A stretch of 42,227 bases of DNA from Gammaproteobacteria bacterium. GTDB taxonomy: Bacteria; Pseudomonadota; Gammaproteobacteria; Pseudomonadales; Azotimanducaceae. The DNA lies in assembly GCA_013151695.1 (NCBI GenBank), contig JAADHW010000108.1, positions 1-42,227 of the forward strand. Reading direction: 5' to 3'. Below are positions 10,129 through 17,363 of this stretch, in pieces. The position numbers and the translations under genes were made by a program. Below the pieces are notes generated by a model. It was not told the origin of the DNA and did not search any database. It was given only the letters and a program-made list of their open reading frames with translations. Each line of letters opens with the position of its first letter. The stretch's first letter is position 1.

Positions 10129-10979
10129 ATGGATGCAGTTTCTTTCGATATAAATCCTCAAACATTTCAATCAGACGTCATTGAACGATCTAACACGGTA
10201 CCAGTGCTGGTGTTGTTCTGGGCAGATCAGGCAGCCCCTTCAGTACAGACCAAGCAAATGCTCGAGGGTCTGGTGGCTCTATATCAGGGCAAAGTGTTGT
10301 TAGCCCTAGCTGATGTGGCTAAAGATCAAACTATCGCTCAGCATTTACGAGTACAAGGATTGCCTGCAATCCGCGTTTTGCACAACGGTAAAATAGTTGA
10401 CCAGGTTGATGGTCCGGTAGATGAAAGCCAGTTGCGAACCATGCTTGATGCGTTGACTCAATCTTCAGCCGACCTGCTTAAGAATCAACTAGATCAGGTC
10501 ATTGCCAGTGGAGATTGGGAGACAGCGTTGAGTATTTTGCAACAGGCGGTTCAAGATGAGCCGAATAATGCTGGGTTCAAGGTTGAACTTGCGGATGTGC
10601 TGATCAGAAAAGGCGATCTTGATGATGCCAGAACTGTGTTAGTGGGTATCGCTGAGGACACGGCTGAGATCGACCGTCCGCAAAATCGCTTAGCGTTCGC
10701 CGAGGAAGCGGCAGGCCTGGAAGCGTTAGATACACTACAGTCGCAAGCCGAAGCAGACCCAAACAATTTAGATCTTCAGTACCAACTTTGTATTCGTTTC
10801 ATTGCTGATGGGCGATTTGAAGAAGGTCTCGATTGCGCGATGACGATACTCCAAACAGATCGAGAGTTCCGCGATGATATCGGTCGTTTGACACTAATTC
10901 GTGCGTTCGCGGTGATGGGCAAAGGTAATGATGTATAGCCACACGTTATCGACGTCGAATGTTCAACTTCATGCATTGA
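10129..10979 (+). CDS. cnoX: CnoX/YbbN thioredoxin-TPR co-chaperone; last ~13 codons displaced by an apparent frameshift at about 10935
   Basis: FQSDVIERS..PVLVLFWA thioredoxin fold plus TPRs; ORF stops at 10938 but the typical tail ATRYRRRMFNFMH* follows in another frame to 10979. Confidence 0.85.
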
Positions 10980-11023
10980 TCAAATCTGTGTACTAAAACG
11001 TGCGACTTCGAAGTGTGCTCCTG

Positions 11024-11045
11024 AAATGTGCACTTGGGCACGTTT
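11024..11045. promoter_or_regulatory. CRP/FNR-family-like palindromic site
   Basis: AAATGTGC-ACTTGG-GCACGTTT, 22 bp, same geometry as the CRP consensus AAATGTGA-N6-TCACATTT; 60 bp upstream of the FHA gene. Confidence 0.45.
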
Positions 11046-11105
11046 TGGGACCTCCCCCTTCCTTATCCTAGTGTCTATCTGTAGGCACACACCGGTATCA
11101 GCGAC

Positions 11106-11453
11106 ATGGATGCGCAACAAACACCTCGTTTCGTGCTCGAAGCGGAAGAATATATGGTGGAACTCTCCAACTGCGCTGCGCAAAGCGGCGATAACCTCGT
11201 GCTTGGGAAAAATGCAGCCAATGACTTTGTGCATGCCGGCACTCACACCTCTCGTGTACATGCCTACATAGAACTTTCTAGAAAAGACTTTTACTTAGTT
11301 GATACCAGTACCAATGGAACTTTTGTGCAAACCGAAGATGAGCGTGTCGCCTTTGTGCACAGAGATAAGATCCGCTTATGGGGTACGGGTTGGATCTCTC
11401 TCGGCCAGCCTTTGCACTACACAAAACCCATTCATTTTCGGCAGATACAATGA
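11106..11453 (+). CDS. Stand-alone FHA domain protein
   Basis: LVLGK, TSRVHA (SxxH), LVDTSTNGTFV (NG). Confidence 0.88.
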   Translation: MDAQQTPRFVLEAEEYMVELSNCAAQSGDNLVLGKNAANDFVHAGTHTSRVHAYIELSRKDFYLVDTSTNGTFVQTEDERVAFVHRDKIRLWGTGWISLGQPLHYTKPIHFRQIQ

Positions 11454-12178
11454 TGCAGTGGTCGGCTGCCAGTCATACGCACTGTGGAAATTCTCGCAAG
11501 AACAATCAAGACGCGGTGTTGTGCTCTTCGGCGCAAGGTTTGTGGGTTGTTGCTGATGGCATGGGTGGGCATGAAGCCGGAGAGTATGCAAGTGAGTCTA
11601 TTGCGCAGTCTCTTTCTGAAGTCACCCTCAGTGCAAATTTGAGTGATTGTGTGGATGCGATTGAAGACCGTCTTTTAGAGGTAAACGATCATCTTCGGCG
11701 TCATGCGCAGATACATTGCGATGGCAATGTCGTGGGCAGCACTGTGGTTGCATTCATCACTCGCGGTGAAGTGGGTGTGGTGTTGTGGGCCGGTGACAGT
11801 CGTCTGTATCGTCTCCGCGGCGATGCCATTGAACAGATCACTCGGGACCATAACCCCATATCGGATTTGCTTGATACGGGTGCCGTGAGTGAAGCCGAAG
11901 CCATCGAAGCAGACACACACATTATTACCCGCGCGGTGGGTGGGCAGCGTGATCTGCATTTAGATGTAGCGGTATTTGATGTCTGTGATGGCGATACGAT
12001 GTTGCTTTGTAGTGATGGGTTGTATCGTGAAATAAGCACTCAGGATATTGTCACCAGCTTACGCATGGAAGTGGCTGAGGCTGCAGAGCAACTCTTGGAC
12101 AACTGTCTTAGTGGCCCGGCACGAGACAATGTCTCGCTAGTGGTTGCCAGAGCTGGAGGCGAACATGTCGAATTCTAA
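11450..12178 (+). CDS. PP2C/PPM Ser/Thr phosphatase (PppA/Stp1-like)
   Basis: RKNNQD, VADGMGGH, GST, AGDSRLY, TRDH, CSDGL, DNVS; ATGA overlap with the FHA stop. Confidence 0.95.
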   Translation: MMQWSAASHTHCGNSRKNNQDAVLCSSAQGLWVVADGMGGHEAGEYASESIAQSLSEVTLSANLSDCVDAIEDRLLEVNDHLRRHAQIHCDGNVVGSTVVAFITRGEVGVVLWAGDSRLYRLRGDAIEQITRDHNPISDLLDTGAVSEAEAIEADTHIITRAVGGQRDLHLDVAVFDVCDGDTMLLCSDGLYREISTQDIVTSLRMEVAEAAEQLLDNCLSGPARDNVSLVVARAGGEHVEF

Positions 12179-14741
12179 AACGCCTGAATCTGATGTGCCT
12201 ACAGATGAAACTGTCCTGCGTGACGATGTCACCATATTGCGTGATACCAGCACCTCGATTACCTTGGGTACACAATCAAGCTGGCGCAGTGGTCAATATG
12301 TAGAGGTTGACGGTGCTGATGGTGAAGCCCCTAAGGTTCTCAAACAAAGATTTGTTCTTGAGGAAAAAATTGGTAGCGGCGGCATGGGTAGCGTTTTTCG
12401 TGCTAAAGACCTGCGTAAAGTGGAGGCGCGTGACAATCAGCCCCACGTTGCTATTAAGGTACTGAACAATGATTTTCGGCAGCATCCAGAAGCGTTCATA
12501 GCTTTAGAGAGAGAAGCGTCTAAATCTCAAGGATTGCGCCACAACAACATTGTTTCTATTTTCGATTTTGACAAAGATGGCGACGTGCCATTCATTACCA
12601 TGGAATTGCTGGAAGGCTGTGAGTTGGCAGAGCTGTTGCGGGCATATCCCAATGGTCTGCCTGTAGATAGGGCCTGGTCTGTAATTCGCGGCATGGTACA
12701 GGGGCTTGCTCACGCCCATAGTGAAGGTGTAGTGCACGCCGACTTCAAGCCTGGAAATATTTTCGTTACTGATCGCCAGGTGGTGAAAATCTTAGATTTT
12801 GGTATTGCTCGGGCTATGCGCGCAAGCGACGAGGCAGAAGATACACACTTTGACCCTGCTCGATTGGCTGCGTTAACCCCAGCATATGCTAGTCGAGAAA
12901 TGCTCAACGGGGATAACCCAGAACCACGAGATGATCTGTTTTCGCTTGGGGTTGTGGTTTATATGGTGCTCACTGGGCATCACCCGTACGGGCGATTGCC
13001 TGCAACCGGCGCGGCTAAAGAGGGCCTCAAACCAGACCGAATTAAGCAGCTTTCAAGACGCCAGTGGCGTGTAGTGGAAAGTTGTTTGCAATTTAACAGA
13101 CAACAACGGCCCGACTCCGCCCTTGAAGTGTTGGATTGTTTGTTCGCTAAACCCGCGTGGCAAACCTGGGGAGTGGCGGCTGCGATTAGTTCCCTCGCTG
13201 TTGGATTGTTGGTCGCAGGGGCAGTCAACAATGTTGAAATTAATGAAGTACGTGAGGAGGTGCGACAACAAACCCTTGTTGAAGCACAGTTAGTGCGAAT
13301 AGAAGAGCTGTTGGCTACGCCTACCTTTGATGAGAGCTGGCAGCAGCTATTAAAAAGCGAATTACTCACCTTGCGCACTTTGACACCCACGCAAAGGCAC
13401 AATGAAGTGGTCTTGCAGAAGGTGCAAAAGGTTTTCACCAATCACGTCGGTGCAGCCGCTGATGTGGTTGAGGCGTTAAAGCGATTGCAGTCTGGGGCGC
13501 AGCTTAGCCCTATGCTGGGTGGAGCGGAGATCATCCACCAAAGATTGCTCAAGGACATGGTTGATGCGCTGTCCGGCGCTGTGAATGAAGATTGGGCACA
13601 CGACATACAAATTTACTTTGCATTATCTGAACAACACTTCCCAGCCTCTACGCAACTTGCTGCTTTGCGGCTTGAAATTGTTGAACAAGCTCAGCGAGAG
13701 CTGCCGCAAATAGCGGCTAATTCCCAGGCCGAGTTCGCGCAGAAAGTTTGGCACTATTTCACCGGCCGAGTATTTGATGAAAATTCTTTACTCCAGACAG
13801 ATCAATACTTGACCCAAGCATTGGCCAAAACCCAGGCTGTTGAAGCGAAGAATCAAGCGGTAAAGACACAACGACAACTGCTAGCTCAGGCCGACAACTT
13901 GCTACAAATAAGCTGCTTGCGCCTAGATATGCAAGCCATATCGACACATTTGAACAGCGTAGCAGATGAGCACCCACAGCAAATATCCGTGTTACGTCGT
14001 CATGTCGCAAGCCGTGTGAACGAGTGTGTTAAGCGTCTTAGTAGTTTAGATTCAGACCGAGCTTGGGCACTCAATAATAGTGCACAAAAGTACCTAGGAG
14101 CGGTTGCAGGATTGGTAAGCCTAGACCCATGTTCAATGCACTATTTGGTGGGCAACGGACGTCAAACAGGACGCGGCGGCTATTGTGAAGACCGCGTCAT
14201 TGGTGAGTCAAATGGTCCTAGACTAGTTGTCGTGCCGGGCGAAGATGGTGATAATTTTGCGGTTAGTAAATACGAAATTAGCTGGCGCGATTTTAATCAA
14301 TACTGTTCCGATACGAGGTTATGTGATCTTGTTGAGAAGAATCTAGAGCTGCCGGTAAGCGGCATTCACATTGAGCTGGTTGAGTCCTACGCGCGATGGT
14401 TGAGCAAAGTCACTGGCTACTTATATCGGTTGCCAACCTTGTCAGAATGGATACATGTGGCCAGCGGAGTGCCAGATCCAAATCGCAATTGTTTGGTCGA
14501 AGTGGGTGGTGTACGACACGGCGATAGGGTGGTTCCCGCAGACAGTGGCTCGGCCAATGACTTTGGCATTGTTCATGTACTAGGCAATGTACAGGAACTG
14601 ATTAAACAAGATGATGAATATGCAGTTGCAGGTGGCTCCTATGGTGATCCATTAGAAAAGTGTTCTGTAGCCACGCAGCGTGTGGCAGGCCGTCAGGGTG
14701 ATGCGACAACGGGCTTTCGCTTGGTGAGGGAGGTGTCATGA
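12165..14741 (+). CDS. Membrane Hanks-type Ser/Thr kinase with C-terminal FGE-sulfatase (SUMF1/TagR-like) domain
   Basis: GSGGMG, VAIK, HADFKPGN, DFG, TPAYAS; TM WGVAAAISSLAVGLLVAGAV; C-terminal KYEIS, YRLPTLSEW, NDFG..GNVQE, GFRLVRE; GGAGG before ATG 12165. Confidence 0.93.
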   Translation: MSNSKTPESDVPTDETVLRDDVTILRDTSTSITLGTQSSWRSGQYVEVDGADGEAPKVLKQRFVLEEKIGSGGMGSVFRAKDLRKVEARDNQPHVAIKVLNNDFRQHPEAFIALEREASKSQGLRHNNIVSIFDFDKDGDVPFITMELLEGCELAELLRAYPNGLPVDRAWSVIRGMVQGLAHAHSEGVVHADFKPGNIFVTDRQVVKILDFGIARAMRASDEAEDTHFDPARLAALTPAYASREMLNGDNPEPRDDLFSLGVVVYMVLTGHHPYGRLPATGAAKEGLKPDRIKQLSRRQWRVVESCLQFNRQQRPDSALEVLDCLFAKPAWQTWGVAAAISSLAVGLLVAGAVNNVEINEVREEVRQQTLVEAQLVRIEELLATPTFDESWQQLLKSELLTLRTLTPTQRHNEVVLQKVQKVFTNHVGAAADVVEALKRLQSGAQLSPMLGGAEIIHQRLLKDMVDALSGAVNEDWAHDIQIYFALSEQHFPASTQLAALRLEIVEQAQRELPQIAANSQAEFAQKVWHYFTGRVFDENSLLQTDQYLTQALAKTQAVEAKNQAVKTQRQLLAQADNLLQISCLRLDMQAISTHLNSVADEHPQQISVLRRHVASRVNECVKRLSSLDSDRAWALNNSAQKYLGAVAGLVSLDPCSMHYLVGNGRQTGRGGYCEDRVIGESNGPRLVVVPGEDGDNFAVSKYEISWRDFNQYCSDTRLCDLVEKNLELPVSGIHIELVESYARWLSKVTGYLYRLPTLSEWIHVASGVPDPNRNCLVEVGGVRHGDRVVPADSGSANDFGIVHVLGNVQELIKQDDEYAVAGGSYGDPLEKCSVATQRVAGRQGDATTGFRLVREVS

Positions 14742-16726
14742 CCTTACTGCCTTTTGTTCCTGAAGTGATTCGTCTTCGCCGTGTGGCCAAAGCCTGCGCT
14801 GCCGGTGAAATGTCTCGTACCCAATATCGTGAGACCAGACGTCAGGTCATTGCGCAATTACTCCAGCTCTCGCCACAACAGGAAGACACAGTGCCTAGGT
14901 TTGATATGGACATCACCCAGCGACGACAGTTTGTGCCGGTTGCATCTAAGCAAGTGCCTGAATCTCGCTCATGGTCATTACCGATGTTGTTAATTTTATT
15001 GATGTTGATACTGACCTTGTTACCCAACTGGGTGTGGTCGGCGCAACTGAGTATTCCGGCGGTTCAGGATAGAGACCCGAACCCTAACTCATCATTGCGT
15101 ATCGAAGTGACGCAGCTGAGTTGGCACCTAACAGATCAAGTGGACGATATCGATCGAGCAGCAATTGAGCAGCTATTACAGCAACAGCTTGCCGCCGCGC
15201 GGGTTGAAAACTCGCCGCAAGCGCATGGTTTTAGTCGGGCTGAGCTAGAGGAAGTGGGGCGCTTTCTAAATGCCTTGGGCGTGCATGATAAAAAACAGCA
15301 GATCAACCGTTCGGATATTCAAGATTTGCTCGCCTTAGTGGCAACGCAGAAAGAACGGCGTGGTGTCTCCGTGGTGCAACTGGAGAACATAGCTCAAGCC
15401 CTACAAGTTCAAGTCAGGCAGCAGGGTTATCCGTTAGCCGTGGCTTTTGTACCCAGCCAGCAGGTCAGCGATGGTGTGGTGCATTTGCAGGTGATGGTAG
15501 GTGTGCTCGCGCAGGTTGAATCGGTAAACCAGGCAATCGCTGTTCCCCAAGTCGTTGAAACGTTGGTGGGGCATCCCGTCCGGGAGGACCTAATCGCAAC
15601 CCGCTTGAACGTCGCCAATCGCAACCAGCCCATGAGGGCGCAAGTTCGGTTTGTACCGGGCGAACAAATCGGCGAAACACGTATGCTGTTCACACGTAAT
15701 GAGTCCAAACAGTTCAGTGGAATGGTCCAAGTTGACAACTACGGCGTAGAACAGATTGGCCAAGAACGGTTGTCATGGAGGGGTCAGTTTTCCAACTTGT
15801 TGCGCGCTGAGGATGTGCTGTTGTTGTCAGCTTCCAGCACCCTGAGCCCCACTGACCATCAGTATGGTTCGGTTGGGTATCGTACACGTGTGTTAGACAG
15901 CCGTTATGAAGTGCAAGCCTCGGTTGGCTACGTTGACATGAGTTGGGCAGATATAGACCGACCTGGCATCATAGATATTCAGGGGGATGGGGTGTTGGTT
16001 GATTTTAAACTCACCGACACACGTACTTTCACCCGAACTTATCGTAGTGAATGGATCTACCGGCTGGGGTACCACGACCTAGATTGGAATGTCGGCAGTC
16101 AAAGTACATGGTTTACCAGCGCTGCTTGGAGCGGTCACAAGCTTTGGGATGATCACGCCGTAGCAGTGCAATCGGATTTCGAGTTAACTCTAGGTGGGGT
16201 TGATGAGCAGCGTCGCGGTCAGGACAGCACTTACTGGAGAGTTCGTGCCGAGGTTGAAGGTTGGACGCCAATCAACTTACCGTGGACGCAACTACGAGCA
16301 AAATTGATAGTGGGTCTGCAAGCGCAGTTCGCAAACGATTTGCTGCCTGCAACTGCAAGGCTGAGTGCAGGCGGGCCAGACACCAACCGCGGTTTTGATT
16401 CTGCCATTGGGATGTTAGATCAGGGTGTCACGTTCAGCAGCTCACTGCGTTTCTCTGCGCCGGTGGGTGAGTGGTGGATGTTTGTTGACACTACCTTTGG
16501 TGAGAGGAATGGGGGCGAAAGAAATGGGGGTGGAATAAATGGGCGAATCAAATCTTCGGTGCATCTGAGTAGTTTAGGTGTTGGATGGGAAGCAAATTTG
16601 CTAAGAAGCGAAACAGGTATCTTAAGCACTCGATTTACTGTGGGTATTCCAATTACCCGTAAGCAGAGTATTACCAGGAACGATGATGACACACAATTTT
16701 TTTGGACGCTGCGTTTTGCCTACTAA
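14738..16726 (+). CDS. ShlB/FhaC/HecB (TpsB, Omp85 superfamily) outer-membrane protein with an unusual ~80-aa N-terminal extension
   Basis: POTRA-like QQGYPLAVAFVPSQQVSDGVVHLQV; barrel start VDNYG...G.ER; loop-6-like GGPDTNRGF; aromatic C-terminus FWTLRFAY; GGAGG and ATGA overlap with the kinase. Confidence 0.85.
   Translation: MTLLPFVPEVIRLRRVAKACAAGEMSRTQYRETRRQVIAQLLQLSPQQEDTVPRFDMDITQRRQFVPVASKQVPESRSWSLPMLLILLMLILTLLPNWVWSAQLSIPAVQDRDPNPNSSLRIEVTQLSWHLTDQVDDIDRAAIEQLLQQQLAAARVENSPQAHGFSRAELEEVGRFLNALGVHDKKQQINRSDIQDLLALVATQKERRGVSVVQLENIAQALQVQVRQQGYPLAVAFVPSQQVSDGVVHLQVMVGVLAQVESVNQAIAVPQVVETLVGHPVREDLIATRLNVANRNQPMRAQVRFVPGEQIGETRMLFTRNESKQFSGMVQVDNYGVEQIGQERLSWRGQFSNLLRAEDVLLLSASSTLSPTDHQYGSVGYRTRVLDSRYEVQASVGYVDMSWADIDRPGIIDIQGDGVLVDFKLTDTRTFTRTYRSEWIYRLGYHDLDWNVGSQSTWFTSAAWSGHKLWDDHAVAVQSDFELTLGGVDEQRRGQDSTYWRVRAEVEGWTPINLPWTQLRAKLIVGLQAQFANDLLPATARLSAGGPDTNRGFDSAIGMLDQGVTFSSSLRFSAPVGEWWMFVDTTFGERNGGERNGGGINGRIKSSVHLSSLGVGWEANLLRSETGILSTRFTVGIPITRKQSITRNDDDTQFFWTLRFAY
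16499..16545 (+). repeat. Short in-frame 15-bp repeat within the barrel gene (GERNG GERNG GGING)
   Basis: ggtgagaggaatggg ggcgaaagaaatggg ggtggaataaatggg. Confidence 0.6.
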
Positions 16727-16967
16727 GCTCGGCCCAGCCTTACTTTTTTGTGTATCTAGTCTTGCAGCGCATGCTGCGCCACTAGATCAATTGGAAGGGG
16801 ATATGGCGTTGGTGTTTGAGCATGCGCAAAGCGCCTGGGCAGAATCTTTAATTAGCCAAGGGCCCAATATGCTGCCTTTGGATGAGCAGATATTTACTGA
16901 CTTATCCCCAATTCTGGACAGCCCTCAAAGCATCAAATTGCCTCCGGATCAACTTCTGACAGACTAG
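16716..16967 (+). CDS. Small hypothetical exported protein
   Basis: From TTG 16716: MPTKLGPALLFCVSSLAAHA-APLDQ..., a Sec-like signal with AHA cleavage site; overlaps the barrel gene stop. Confidence 0.5.
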   Translation: MPTKLGPALLFCVSSLAAHAAPLDQLEGDMALVFEHAQSAWAESLISQGPNMLPLDEQIFTDLSPILDSPQSIKLPPDQLLTD

Positions 16968-17093
16968 CCGGACAGTTCAATTGGCATAGTCTAGCAGTTG
17001 TATTGAGCCGCGTTAAAATGTCGTAAAATTGACTGAGGATCTAGCTGTCCTTGCCTACCTAGTAAGCGATCACTAACTTTCGTTGTGTTTCGT

Positions 17094-17316
17094 TTATACA
17101 CAGCGCCGATAATGCACAGACTCAACGGGCAATTGTTGGTTTTATCTAATCTACTCGATTAGTTCGTGCTTCTAAGCCATTGGTTTATATACGAATAAGT
17201 ACCTTTTTCTTCCAACAATAAAATTTCGCGAGATGAATGTGTCGGAATTGTAAAATCGAAGGCTAGAAAGTTATCCTCATAGTTATCCACAGGCTGAGAG
17301 TAATGATTGTGGGTAA
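17094..17316. promoter_or_regulatory. Cluster of DnaA boxes with an IHF-like site
   Basis: TTATACACA 17094-17102, TAATGCACA 17110-17118, TTATCCTCA 17271-17279, TTATCCACA 17283-17291, TTACCCACA (minus) 17308-17316; AACCAATGGCTTA (minus, 17173-17185) is one mismatch from WATCAANNNNTTR. Confidence 0.65.
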
Positions 17317-17363
17317 AATTCAGCAGGTTAGAATGAGGTATTCGTAACCAGTGGGTAGAACAG

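Noticed and set aside
4690-10979. Programmed frameshifting in bepA or cnoX
   Set aside because: No recognisable slippery heptamer or stimulatory structure; indel errors or mutations are simpler.
11106-14741. A type VI secretion system locus
   Set aside because: Only regulatory-type homologues are present; no tssA-M, hcp, vgrG or clpV in the window.
16981-16996. Sigma54-like TTGGCATAGTCTAGCA
   Set aside because: GG-to-GC spacing is one base short of the strict -24/-12 requirement.
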